DNA of 61,836 bases from Patescibacteria group bacterium (lineage in GTDB: Bacteria; Patescibacteriota; Patescibacteriia; UBA1558; GWA2-36-10): the NCBI GenBank assembly GCA_018819405.1, contig JAHJQF010000001.1:973377-1035212 (forward strand). The letters run 5' to 3'. Positions 1 through 12,200 of the stretch are shown here, piece after piece. Position numbers and translations under genes: made by a program. The notes under the pieces were generated by a model that was not told the origin of the DNA, did not search any database, and saw nothing but the letters and a program-made list of their open reading frames with translations. Position 1 is the stretch's first letter, and every line of letters begins with the position of its first letter.

Positions 1-294
1 AGCCACTGCCACCACACCCCGACTAGCAATAGTCTTGATGTGAGCGCCACTCATACCGACCACCATTTTGTCTATTCTTAATCCGGTCATCCTCTCGCAT
101 TTTTCAATTGTTTCGGAAATAACCGAAACAGCCTCTTCAACCGAATTGATAGAGCCTCGTATCACACCCTGAGATGGAGTTTCAGCCGCGCCAATTATCT
201 TGAGACGACCATCGGCCAAACGTTGACCCATGACAATCCTGACGGCATTTGTACCGACATCCAGGCTAGTAATAATATCTCGATTAGTGGCCAT
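1..294 (-). CDS. ftsA: Cell division protein FtsA, N-terminal fragment (gene runs off the window edge)
   Basis: Own translation of the minus strand from ATG at 294: MATNRDIITSLDVGTNAVRIVMGQRLADGRLKIIGAAETPSQGVIRGSINSVEEAV... It has the DVGT phosphate-1 motif of actin-like ATPases and a typical FtsA N-terminus. Absent from the ORF track because it is truncated. Confidence 0.75.
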   Translation of the reverse strand, partial: MATNRDIITSLDVGTNAVRIVMGQRLADGRLKIIGAAETPSQGVIRGSINSVEEAVSVISETIEKCERMTGLRIDKMVVGMSGAHIKTIASRGVVAVA

Positions 295-362
295 TTATAG
301 ATTAAAAATTAAGACTTATAATGATTAATTATAACTAAATAATGTCTTTTTGCCAAATATTT

Positions 363-713
363 TTACCATAAAAATACTATCAAACCAATAGCAGCCGCAA
401 AAAGACTAGCTAAAAGCACCATAGCGGCCAAAAGATCTTTTATTTCCTTGGCAAAATTATGTGTCCTAGGAGCCAGCATATCCACAAGTCTTTCAATCGC
501 CGAATTGAATATCTCTAAGGACATAATAAGAGCTATTATCATCAAAACTACTACCCAATATACTTTGTCCAAATCTTTATACCAACTATAGGCAATAACA
601 ATGATAGCTATCAAAATATGTAACCTAAAAGTTTTTTCTGTTCTAAAAACTGTCTTTAAGCCACGCCAAGCGAATTTAAAATTTCTATAAAACTGCCAAT
701 CCAACTTATTCAT
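363..713 (-). CDS. dgkA: Diacylglycerol/undecaprenol kinase (prokaryotic DAGK family)
   Basis: 116 aa with three hydrophobic helices and the family motif SLEIFNSAIERLVD. It sits next to ybeY, which is the common arrangement. Confidence 0.85.
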   Translation of the reverse strand: MNKLDWQFYRNFKFAWRGLKTVFRTEKTFRLHILIAIIVIAYSWYKDLDKVYWVVVLMIIALIMSLEIFNSAIERLVDMLAPRTHNFAKEIKDLLAAMVLLASLFAAAIGLIVFLW

Positions 714-718
714 AAATT

Positions 719-1141
719 CTACTTATTTAACAAAGTCAATATTTCTTCTTGTTCCTTATTTTGTTTTTTTTCTTCAGCTAGATTTTTTTCATGATCATAA
801 CCCAAAAGGTGTAATATGCCGTGGACTGTCAAAAGCTGTAGTTCTGATTTGATGGTTTTTTTGGCTTGCTTTTTGGCCTGGTCTAGACAAATCAAAACTT
901 CACCCAAAATATCTTTACTATTTATTTGAAAAGATAAAACATCAGTTACTTTATTTTTGTTTCTATAAACATGATTAAGCTGTTTTATTTCTAAGGGCGA
1001 CAATAAAGCAATGGAAATTTCTTTTTTTAAATAAAATCTTTTTTTAAATATCTTTTCCAGATTTGCTAGCCATGAGAAATCAGCTGACAATCCTCTCTTA
1101 TCAATAACTATTAAATTAGTTTTCATCTTCCAACCAGACAA
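719..1141 (-). CDS. ybeY: rRNA maturation endoribonuclease YbeY
   Basis: Zinc motif HGILHLLGYDH near the C-terminus. The true start may be the internal MKTNLIV at 1126. Confidence 0.9.
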   Translation of the reverse strand: MSGWKMKTNLIVIDKRGLSADFSWLANLEKIFKKRFYLKKEISIALLSPLEIKQLNHVYRNKNKVTDVLSFQINSKDILGEVLICLDQAKKQAKKTIKSELQLLTVHGILHLLGYDHEKNLAEEKKQNKEQEEILTLLNK

Positions 1142-2222
1142 AACTATTTAACATCATTTCAAAACTACTATCAAAATAATTTGATTCTTCATCAAGACCC
1201 AAATCATAAGATATCAAATATATAAAATCCGAACTAACTGATAAAACCATAGTTCCGTCCAAAAGCCTATAAGCCGGGCGCCCGCCCAAACTATAATTTT
1301 CAAAATTCAAATTTCCACCTATAGTCGGTACCAGCTCCTGATAGGCCTGCTCCAAAGTTAAATTAGTGTCATTTGCCGTAGCTGATATCAAAAATGATTC
1401 CCCGCTTTCTGAATCCGGTATTACGGTCACCTGGTCAAGAGAGCCAGCCAAACCTTCGGCTAACCATTTACTTGGTCTAAAAAAAGTATAATCATAAGGA
1501 TTATTTATAAATTTAGTAACCAAGCTCGAGTCTACTAATTTCTGATTTGGTAGCAATGGATTGTACAAATTCATTATTTCTTGTCCATCACTGAAACCAT
1601 CACGATCAGTGTCTTTTAGGTTGATGTTAGTGTTGTAAGTCAATTCTTCTTCATAACTTAATCCATCATCATCAGCATCTATATTTTCTGGGATAATAAC
1701 CGTTGTATTGGTGTTTTGGTTGATATTGACGTTGGTATTTGTATTGACGTTGGTATTGACGTTGGTGTTTTGGTTTTGATTGACGTTGGTGTTTTGGTTT
1801 TGATTGACGTTGGTGTTAACGTTGGTGTTTTGGTTTTGATTGACGTTGGTGTTAACGTTGGTATTTGTATTGACGTTGGTGTTGACGTTGGTGTTTGCTC
1901 TATTTTGACTAATAAACCACAAACCTCCGGCTACCACTGCTATCACAAACATAAGAATAATAATAGAAATCAAAGCTATTTTCTGGCCACTACCCATGCC
2001 TTTTTTTCTGGGTTGACCTCCAGGGTTGGTATGGTTCTGAGCAACAAATTTACCCGGCATAGCATGGACAGTAATAATCTCTTTTTTTGCCCCCACTTCT
2101 CTTTTTATATCATCAATAGTGGCTTTTTCATTGTCTAAATTACCAGTTGTCATTGGCTTTACATCATCTTTATTGGCCAAGTGGCTAAATACCCGACCCT
2201 TTGACTCTCTTTGATCATTCAT
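1116..2222 (-). CDS. Single-pass membrane/surface protein with an (N-T-N-V)n spacer and thrombospondin-type-3-like Ca-binding repeats
   Basis: 368 aa. A cytoplasmic N-terminal region is followed by one TM helix (IALISIIILMFVIAVVAGGLWFI). Then comes a long NTNVNTNVNQNQ low-complexity run, then DADDDGLSYEEE and DTDRDGFSDGQE motifs, then a C-terminal globular region. Confidence 0.7.
   Translation of the reverse strand: MNDQRESKGRVFSHLANKDDVKPMTTGNLDNEKATIDDIKREVGAKKEIITVHAMPGKFVAQNHTNPGGQPRKKGMGSGQKIALISIIILMFVIAVVAGGLWFISQNRANTNVNTNVNTNTNVNTNVNQNQNTNVNTNVNQNQNTNVNQNQNTNVNTNVNTNTNVNINQNTNTTVIIPENIDADDDGLSYEEELTYNTNINLKDTDRDGFSDGQEIMNLYNPLLPNQKLVDSSLVTKFINNPYDYTFFRPSKWLAEGLAGSLDQVTVIPDSESGESFLISATANDTNLTLEQAYQELVPTIGGNLNFENYSLGGRPAYRLLDGTMVLSVSSDFIYLISYDLGLDEESNYFDSSFEMMLNSFVWLEDEN
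1706..1894. repeat. Coding tandem repeat (12-nt units ttgacgttggtg/a in higher-order units of about 36 nt) encoding the NTNV/NQNQ spacer
   Basis: Units such as gttttggttttgattgacgttggtgtt recur back to back. The region lies inside CDS 1116-2222. Confidence 0.85.
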
Positions 2223-2235
2223 AATTTTTTTTAAT

Positions 2236-3183
2236 TTAGCTTTGGTTAGTGTTTGTGTTTGTATTATTATTTATATTACTATTTTCATTAGTGCTGGTGG
2301 CATTCTCATTTAAACGGCCTTCTCCATTAGGATTATAACCATTTAAAACTTCCGAACCATCTGCAAAACCATCACCATCAGTATCAATATTGTTTGGGTC
2401 GGTCTTCCAAATACGAACCTCCTCATAATCTGTCAGGCCATCCATATCTGAATCATCTGATAGTGGATCGGTAAAATAAATTTCTACTTCATCCTGGTCA
2501 AATACTCCGTCATTGTCAGTATCTGGATCAAACGGGTTGGTACCCAATTCTTCTTCTTCCTTATTAGTCAGGCCATCTGAGTCATCGTCCAAATTTTTTT
2601 CATCAACCACCGCCTCATTGGTGTTGATGTTTTCATTGTTATTGATATTTTCATTGACCATCACCTCATTGGTGTTGACGTTTTCATTGTTATTGATATT
2701 TTCATTGCTTACAATAACAGACTGATTTAATCTAGGCATAATCACAAAATAATACACCGCCCCTCCAATAATTGCCAAAAGCAAAACAACTGAAACTATC
2801 ACTATTATTTTTCTCATTGGTCCCGAATTATAATCGGCATTTATGGATTGTGGTGGCCCAGCTAGTGGTGAAGGAGCTTCGGCCGATTTTGAAGGCTCTT
2901 GAGTAGTTGGCATTGTACTGCTAGAAGGCAGTCTGGTCTGTGAAAGAGGTTTTATTTTGCCAGATGCTACAGCACTTGGTTTTTCCACTGCCGGACTTGG
3001 TCTTTCGGGTGTAGGATCAACATCGCCAAACATGTCATCAATTTTTCCTGCCATAGATGGTGCAACTGGGGTATTATTTTTGGCTGTTTGGGAAACAATT
3101 GGTGTCTCAGGCATGACTGGTTGACTAGGAGATGAAACAGGTGTCTGCCCAGTTTGACTACTGTCTTTTAAATCATCAAACAT
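2236..3183 (-). CDS. Single-pass membrane/surface protein with a Pro-rich N-terminus, an Asn-rich repeat spacer and several thrombospondin-type-3-like repeats
   Basis: 315 aa with TM helix IIVIVSVVLLLAIIGGAVYYFVI. A duplicated 17-aa unit NENINNNENVNTNEVMV / NENINNNENINTNEAVV follows. TSP3-like motifs are DDDSDGLTNKEEEELGTNPFDPDTDNDGVFDQDE, DDSDMDGLTDYEE and DTDGDGFADGSE. Confidence 0.7.
   Translation of the reverse strand: MFDDLKDSSQTGQTPVSSPSQPVMPETPIVSQTAKNNTPVAPSMAGKIDDMFGDVDPTPERPSPAVEKPSAVASGKIKPLSQTRLPSSSTMPTTQEPSKSAEAPSPLAGPPQSINADYNSGPMRKIIVIVSVVLLLAIIGGAVYYFVIMPRLNQSVIVSNENINNNENVNTNEVMVNENINNNENINTNEAVVDEKNLDDDSDGLTNKEEEELGTNPFDPDTDNDGVFDQDEVEIYFTDPLSDDSDMDGLTDYEEVRIWKTDPNNIDTDGDGFADGSEVLNGYNPNGEGRLNENATSTNENSNINNNTNTNTNQS
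2613..2707. repeat. Two tandem 51-nt coding repeats (cctcattggtgttgaYgttttcattgttattgatattttcattg)
   Basis: The copies at 2613-2656 and 2664-2707 differ at one position. The region lies inside CDS 2236-3183. Confidence 0.85.
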
Positions 3184-3211
3184 AATTTAAAATATTATAA
3201 TTATTTATTAA

Positions 3212-6200
3212 TTATGGTTCTAAAGTACAATCCATATGTGCATCACCATTTCCGTCACAGAAACTAGAGTTGATAACCTTGATAGTCTGAGCAGCCCAAC
3301 CTGTAACCTCATTGGTAAATAAACCACCAGTGTCATCGGCTAATCTTTGTCCAATATCATAAATAGGAGTAAATCTTCTCAGAACTGGACTAATATGTAC
3401 AGCCGGATCAGATAATCTGGCCGCTTGTGAGGCTGAATAGAGAACATCAGGTAAACTTGCATCATAATCTTCGTTTTCATGAATAATTGAATTTCCTCCG
3501 CAATAAGCGGCTTCATCAGATACTGGAAGTACCACTCTCTGGTATCCAGGTTTCCAATTATACCCCTCTATAATTTTACTAATAGCATAACCCCAGTTTT
3601 CCAAACGTCCGGCAAACTGATCAGAATTATTGCTATGGCATGCTTCATCAAAATCTGGTATATCACCATTTATAGTGACTGGCACATTTATATCATTACT
3701 TGTATTGTCATAAAAGCTCAAATACCTAACCTTTGGATAATTTACATTATCATTTAATGCACAGTCTGTATAAAGAGCTCTAAATACCTGCAAAGCTTCG
3801 TCCAGCCAGCCACCGTTATTAGGGAATATAGATTCAATATCATCAGCATCATCATCCGTCAGATACACAGGTGTATATGGACGATCTGGTGTGTCGGTAC
3901 CATCACTATCGTCATAAGCCACTCCTCCATCATTGTCACCCAGTACATATATAGTAATACGATAGTCAATCTCCTGATGATCCTCCTCTAAATTTGCAAC
4001 CACTCCCTGAGTAGCAGTACACAATGCTTGCGCATCACCTCTCATACTGCCAGACATATCAAAAACATAAACTAAATCAATATTTTTTTCTATTTCATAA
4101 GCTGGATCAAATCCAGTGTCGCAGTCTTCATAGCTCTGGACTACACCATCTCCGCAGTATCCCCCGGTATTTAGACAGTCACTACACTCATATTGGAAGC
4201 TGGGGTCTGAAAATATAGTAATATTATCTCTCTGACGTGGCCATGGATAAGAAAATTCTGGATCAGCCACATTCCAATCACAGCCTTCACCAAATAGAGT
4301 TTGTTGGATATTATCTCCACAATAGCCACCACCTGAAGCACTCTGTTGACATCTATTATTACTCGTCATATCACAAGTATAAGTACGGGTGAAATCAGAT
4401 TCTGCCGGAGTCGGCCTGTCGGGATAATCAAGGCCATCACAAATTTCATTGTAATCACTCTGTACTTCGCCGTCTCCACAGTAGCCACCAACACGGCCGT
4501 CACAATCATAATCATCACAGACATACTGATTTATTAGAGAAGTCTCATTTGGAGAATAGAGGTCGCCAGCTATAGCAGGATCGCAGGTTTCTTCATAAAT
4601 ATCTTGAATAAAACCATCACCACACCAACCCGCTTCAGTGGCAGTACAGCGACCATAATCATTGCCAGTGTCAAAATCCCAAAAAATACCAGACATACGG
4701 CACTCATATTGATTAAATTTTGAAGAATATTCTGGCAGAGGCGTTTCATAGTTGGTATCACATATTTCCTGAAAAGCATATTCTAATATTCCATTACCAC
4801 AATAATCACCCGTAAATTGGCACTGATTGCTGCAAGTGTATGTATTGGCCGGACCAGAAGTATCTGGACCGGGCGCCACATAACCAGCATAATCACACTG
4901 CTCTTCTGGAAAATTTACTTCACCATCGCCACAGGCTCCAGTATAAGGATCACCGACAGTACATTCTACCACACAACTATTACTACAACGCACAGCCCCG
5001 CCCTCTGTACAATCCCAAGTGTCCAAGCCATTAGGATTGGCACTATTATCACACTCTTCTACGCCGGGTGTCCAAATTCCATCTCCGCATAAAGCCGCCG
5101 GATATGAGCCCCCATCACCCGTACACATCACTTGACAACCACTACAACTGATAGAATCTCCATCATCACAAGAATACCCAGACGGCAGATTGCCATCACA
5201 ATTTTCATAAAAAGTTTGTACTGCGCCATCGCCACAATAACCTCCACACTGGCTAGCAGTAAATGGTGCTTGGGATCTATCTATAGGATACCACTGACAA
5301 CCAATAGAGTTGCCGACTGAGTCAAGTGAACCAGGAGGATAGCAACCAATAGTCTGCTCATTCCACCAAGGATGATTGCCATTGGTAAGAATATCCGGAT
5401 TAGAGTTGGGAGCATCTTGAGAGCAAGCATAAGACCAAAAGTTACCATCACACTCCTCTTGAACCCAACGTCCGCCAGAATTGACACAATCAACAGAATT
5501 ATCACAATTAGGGCAAGAAATTGTACAATATGGTTCTGTATCAACAATGCCATTACCACAGTTTGGCCAAGCAGCTGCTCCTGGAGAATTTTGTACTGCA
5601 TCATCACAATATATACCCAAATCGGACGCTAAACCATAAAGAGTAGACCAGCCTGACGGTACAAGACTACTGGCAAAAGTAACACCGCCAGTATCATACA
5701 TATCATATTCAAAATTAGCTCGTAGAGTAAAACCTCTACCAAAATCAAGCGAGTTATAATAATAGATTAAAGAATTTGTCGGACAGAAAAATTCTAAAGT
5801 TGATTCAGACCAACAGGTATCTGTATTATACGGATCACTACAACCATCTATATTAAAACGATTTATAGGGTCACTTGGGATAGACATACCCAAAGCACTT
5901 CCTAATGTAGCTGTCCAGGACGGCCAGCGACTATTTGTCAACCCTTGTAAATATGAACCAGCGTTCAATGGTGGGTATTGTTTTATACATTCTCCCCCTG
6001 GACAATCCGTAGAGTCATTACAGGATATACTACTATCATAGCTACAGCTGGCATGCGCCTCACCGTATGACATAATAGATCTTTGTATAGCTATCAAATC
6101 TGAAAGCCTCTTGGTGTCACGTCGTAATTTTAATTTCCTAGCCTCACAATAATCATTTTCTCCTGGACAATCATAATCTGTAGAGCAGGATAAACCGGAA

Positions 6201-9200
6201 ATATTACATATATTAGCTGTATTTTCTGTAATGTTTATATTTAGTTTAAAATTAGAAACCATTTGATTAAAAATATTTATAGTACTTGGCCTAGCCCCTA
6301 TATTGTGAGCTATTATATAAATATTTGTGTATATATTTGTAGTTACGTTACTAGCAGCAATATATAAAGTGTTGCCCACTTTCAGTGCCTCATAACCATC
6401 AATTGATACTAGAGAGCCTGTATCAGATGGATTTGGGGCGTTTTTCAAATACCAATCCATTACTGATAAGTGCTCTGAATTTTGTATCACTCTAATACCA
6501 ATAATATCCACCAAGGAATGACTGGCATTAGTATATAAGGTGATTGGCCCAGCCCAATTCGACGATGGAAAATCATCACAAGTGTTGCTTGTGGCCGCTA
6601 TCCTATAGCGGTATTCTCTATCCAGTTCCAAATCTTCAGGATCAGTCCAAGAGTTAGCACCAGCTGGTGCTGTAGCATAATTTTGCCAATCAACATCATC
6701 ACCAATCAACATTCTTTGAACTAAAAACCCGCTGGTCGGTCCATTAAGATCTGGATCATAGTTTGGTTGATTCCAAGATAAATGCGCATTTATACCATCA
6801 AATGTGATGGCAAAATTACGTGGCGTAACTGGACCGCATAAAAGCACACCATCTTCAAAAGCAAAGGCTGGTTTATTAAACAATTTAGTAATTTTTTGCC
6901 AGACAGACTCTTTTGTCTCTGTCTGATAATCATCATAATAAGCCAAACTACCAAAAGCATTAGTACCAGACTTAACTGTAAGATAATTTATTGTAGAAAT
7001 AAATTCACGATATACGTCAGGATCATCTGGATTATTTAATGAAGGAATAGCTAAATAAGGTAATATATTATCACCTGGTAAGCCTGAGTACTGGCAATAA
7101 TAAGTGGAAAAATTGGTACTAGGCATCTCCGGATCAGTCCAAGGATAAGAAGATAAGTTTGGCCATGGCTCTTCACAAAGCATCACTTCTACCAAAGCAG
7201 TGTCTCGGACTATATGCCCTGGATCATCTGTAGAATTTTCTACATCAACAGACAATACAGCTTGGCCATTTGTAGGTTGGGCAGTACCGTCTGTCTCTTG
7301 GTCACTGTCTAGCACAGAAAATACTACATCATCACTAAGTTGGGTAGAATCCCAAGTATAATCCAAAAATGTACCCGACAATATCGCACCACTAATATCA
7401 TAAACAGTAGCTATATAAGTATGTTGATTTCCGCCAATAGCCGGACGGCTATCTCCCGGACAATTATTAATTCCCGCACAATTAAACAAATCACTATCAA
7501 TATATAAATCATTGCGACTTATATCTGCACTGTGTACCTGACAAATACGGTCCCCAGCTGTAAACATCCATCCCAGTCCTCCCATTGGGGTGGTAAATAA
7601 TCCAGTCGGGTCAAGTGATACGCCATTGACACTAACAATAGCATCAGTATTAGCAAAAGAAATCCAATAATTCAAGTTTGGATTAAGATTTATATCCGGA
7701 TTAAACATAGCCTGAGTACCATTGGTAGTTTCCCTAAATGTCCAAGTACCAGTTACTTCACAAGTGCCGGCACATTCTTCATAAAAACGACCTTGCGAGA
7801 TAATACTAGCTCTATTCATAGTCTCGCTAAATTCTATATTTGGAGCAATATTGAGACAAATATTGGTCTCAAGATGATCAGGATTGATATCCACCACCTC
7901 TGGCGTCGGATATACAACAGGACCGGAGATTATAATATTAATATCTCCTGGGTCAGTGGATACTGGAGGACTTGTCCCCTCAGCTACTGTAACATTTACC
8001 TCCGTATGTTCACCGCCTACTAATGGTGGTGAGGAATTAGTGGTAACATCAGTTGTTTGAGTCAACGGACTACTAAACACAGCTATGTTTGGCGTGTCAA
8101 AAAACCAATTGTAGTTACAAGTAGGACAATTTATGGGCTCTTCACCACAAACCACGCTGTCATGGATAGTCTGTGCTATATAGTTACCCAAAGGCTGACT
8201 AGCTCCAGCTGTGACATTTTGTGGTTCTACTCTAGCCCTATCAACTCCGCAATCAGCGGCACCAATACCAAAAGTATAGGTATAACCAGCGCCATTGTAT
8301 AAGAAGCTTAAATCTGTATTTTGGATAGTACCATCTAAAACCACTCTGTAGTCATGTCCGAGCACAAACGGAGTATGATCTATCAACACTTGTCTATTTC
8401 CAATTGTAGTCAACAAACCGGTAATTTCTGTGCCTAATGTGTCATCATAGATATGGTAATTACCAGGCAGTGAGACGGTTCTTAAATCTGAATTAAAATA
8501 TATAGTAACATCAGCATTGCTACATGATCCATCACAATCTGGATAATGATTGGTCACAAATAAAGGATCCACAGTGCCGGCTGTATCTATTTCAAACACT
8601 CCACTATCAGGCTCCACAGTGTCTCCATGTTCATTTATCAAATTAACCATTACCTCAACTGTACCAGCATCTGTAGTCTGATTGTCCTGTACCTCTACAG
8701 ATTGCAAAATATTGGAACCAACGATAGAAGCAAACCCGTTGGAAAGGCTCCAATCATAAGTACAAGCAGTACAATCAAAAGTTACGTTACTACATTCTTC
8801 ACTGCTCCAGGTACCATAAGCTTGATATACCCAAGATTCGCCTGGCGTAGTAATGCGCCTGTAATCAGGACTTACCAGTGCTCCCGTAGCAAAACACTCA
8901 CTGTCGCCTGTACCAAAATTCCAATTTATGTCACTCCTTAATACACTTCCGTCAATTCCCTCAATGCCAGCTGGGACCGTGACCGTAAAATTATCATTTC
9001 GGCCAATGCCAGTATAATTAAGTTTTATACATTGAGGATTTGATGGCCCCATCCAGTCCGCACCATTAAAATGTTCACCTGTAGCGGCGCTAAGTATAGA
9101 AAATCCAGTGGCTGGTATACTGGTTGACTCTACATCTTTATCAAAACAGACTCTGACCAAGGAAGTAGTACAAACCGCTCCGCAAGTTGGCTCAACCAAT

Positions 9201-12200
9201 GTATGATGTAAGTCAAGATCCAGTGCGTTGCCTCCACTTACATTGATGGTCAAATTAGTGCTAGCGCTAGCCGGACCATAGTCACCGCTTATATCCAAAT
9301 CTATAGGCGCCGTACCATTTGGGCCAAGAGGACGCGCCCAAACCTGCCTAGCACCTGTATCAAGTGTAAAATAAGTAGCTGGTTCATCAGTGCTCCAAGT
9401 ATAATTACAAGGACCATCATCACACTGTATAAAATCTGCTCCGCAAATTCCAACTTCTCCATAAGTATAAGCAGTATACAATATGTCATTTAAATTGGTG
9501 ACCGTCAGTCCATCCGGACGTATATAAGCACCGGCCAGCTCACAATTTTCATCGCCGACTGAAAAATTCCAAGATTTCTCAGCTCCCAAAGAATAACTAT
9601 ATGTATTTATCAAATCTGCTGACAATATTACTTTATAATTTTCTTGGGGTATAAAATCAATATGATTTATAGTCAATAATTCATCAGATATTGTATAGCC
9701 ATTTACATAATTTAAACTATTGTCATAAGTGTTGCAATTTGTATCTGTACACCTATAAATTGCTATTTGATCAGGATATGTGCCGTCAATATCAATAATA
9801 CTGTCAAGCTGAGTTGAAAATATGGCCCAAACTCCGGCATTAAGACAAGAATCATTACATCTTGGTCCATAATCAAGTAAACTGAGTGTTGGAGCCAAAA
9901 TCATAGACTGCGATGTACCACTTATTGCAAAATCTAGATTTTGGGCATTGATGCTTGCATAGTTTGGATCAGGCAAAAACTGAGTAGCATTTGGACCACC
10001 CTGCATTATATTGTAACCTCTATTTATATTTTCATTATCTACATCATTAAGAAGCAGTGTGGCATAACTGGCAATCGGAGCCGGATCAGGATCCAAAGAC
10101 CAAGCCCAATCATAATTACCACCACAAACATTACAATTATCAGCTACTGGCGTAGAATAAAATTCTCTCTCAGACCCTACATATATATCTGAAACATTTC
10201 TTTGCGGGCTGACTACTACATTAGACACCTCACAGATATTAGTATCATTTCTGACTCTAAAATACCAATCAAAATCTGGATCTTCCATGGTAGGATCCCA
10301 AACATCACCGCCCCAAGATGACTTAAATGATCCCAACACTACTCTGTACCATCTTCCGGCATCTAGCCTAAAAGCTTCGTCTAGACCTGGATTAAATTCT
10401 ACACCCTCTCTACTACTATTATGATTTATAATACTTAAATTCCCATCTAAAGAAGTAACCTCACACGATCCTGGAGCAAAACCAGTTAAGTCAGGATCAT
10501 GGTTACAGGCATAAACTCTAAAATTGTCAGAGTCCAACAAATCGGCATCTACAACATTTCTGGTAAACAAAATTGAAATATTAGCATCAGTAAATGCATC
10601 TACAGATGACGGATAAGAAATAAATCCCGTAACAGCGTCTTCCCACTCATGACCATCAGGCCAGGGTGATGGGGACTGTACATCAGTATCACAATTATAA
10701 TTATAATGAATACCAAAAGGATCATCTTCAGTATAAAAATTCCAAGAATAATAACAAGCATTTATATCCACACCACAACTGTCAGTACAATAATCTCCGG
10801 TTGCCTCCGGACAACAGACATAAGACTCTCCATAAGCTGCCTGGCAAGATTCAGTGTTTTGACACTCACCAACTGCAAAATTTACTTCATTACTTGTATC
10901 TCCGCCCGAATCTTGGACATAGACTGGTCCTGTGACAGCTCCAGCTGGCACAGTGAGATTTAATACCTGATTGTCATTCCAACTGGCTGGCGGTATTACT
11001 CCGACAGATTGTTCGTTGTAAAAATATACACTGCCAGGAATAGCTCCAAAATTTTCACCAAAAATATCTACATCATCATAACCGGCCGGACCGTTGTTTG
11101 GATCAATCAAACAAATCCCAGGTGCCGGATCACCAGACTGTATTTCAAACGAATATGACTCACTGATAGCCGAGTCTGACCCCCTGACAACCACCACTTC
11201 ATAATTTGTATCCAAAGTCCAGGCAGCCTCCGGTACCTTGACTAGTATCTGACTGTCTGACCAAAAACTATCACCACACATTACCGGGAAGGAGTCATCT
11301 CCTCGGACATTCAAACCCGACGGGTCAAATCTGACCTCACCTGAACTGCCAAAGCCAGAGCCCATGATAGTAATATATTGCCCGACCGGGCCGCCGGCTG
11401 GTGATATCTCATTTATAATAGGTAGCCCACCCGAAGAAATAATAGCAGTAAAAGGATATGGGTTACTAATTTCTCCAGCGTCAGTATGCATAGTTACCCC
11501 AAAATAACCGGCTACATTTGGCACCTCAGCAATAGCATAAGTACCAGGTGGTGTAACATCTGTGACACTGGTGTCATAGCTGACGACCGTATCAAAATAA
11601 GCTTGGTCAGTAGTTTGAAAACCAATACCATCTATAGTTATATCCTGGCTATAATATCCTTCGCTGTCGCTTAGAGCACAGATACTTGGTCGGATAATCG
11701 TATCATTTCTTTCAAAGGGATAAGGATCTGATTCCAATCCACCAACTGCAGCACTCTGGACCACTGTCAGATCTCCGACACCAACTACAGCATCAGCCGG
11801 TACCCCAATTATTATATAGTTATTTGTCCAAATATTTACACATGACCCATTGCTAAGATAAGAAGGTAAATCACCTTCAACCCAACCTGGACCTGCTAGT
11901 GATTCAAAACGAACCACACCCATATCATCACCAAAATTATAACCAAAAATAGTTATCAAATTACCCACTGCCCCATCTTCTGGCGTAATATTTTCAATAA
12001 CAGGCGCATCATCTCCTCCTGTGCCACTACCAGCTGTACAGACATCTTCTTCTAGACACGAGTAGTCTGCATAACAACAACCAGAGGCACAATTACTGTC
12101 TGTATCACAAAGTACAACAAAAGGAAGTGAATCCCACTCTGTGCCAACTGTCACTGTCACCTCGCTGGAAATGGCATTTGGCAAATTGGCCAAATCAAGA

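Noticed and set aside
1716-2138. Plus-strand 140-aa ORF (VDIDVGICIDVG...)
   Set aside because: It is the antisense reading of the NTNV tandem repeat and is a repeat-generated artefact.
1706-2707. Possible CRISPR-like or non-coding repeat array
   Set aside because: The repeats are contiguous with no spacers and lie in frame within ORFs, where they encode Asn-rich low-complexity segments. No cas genes are present.
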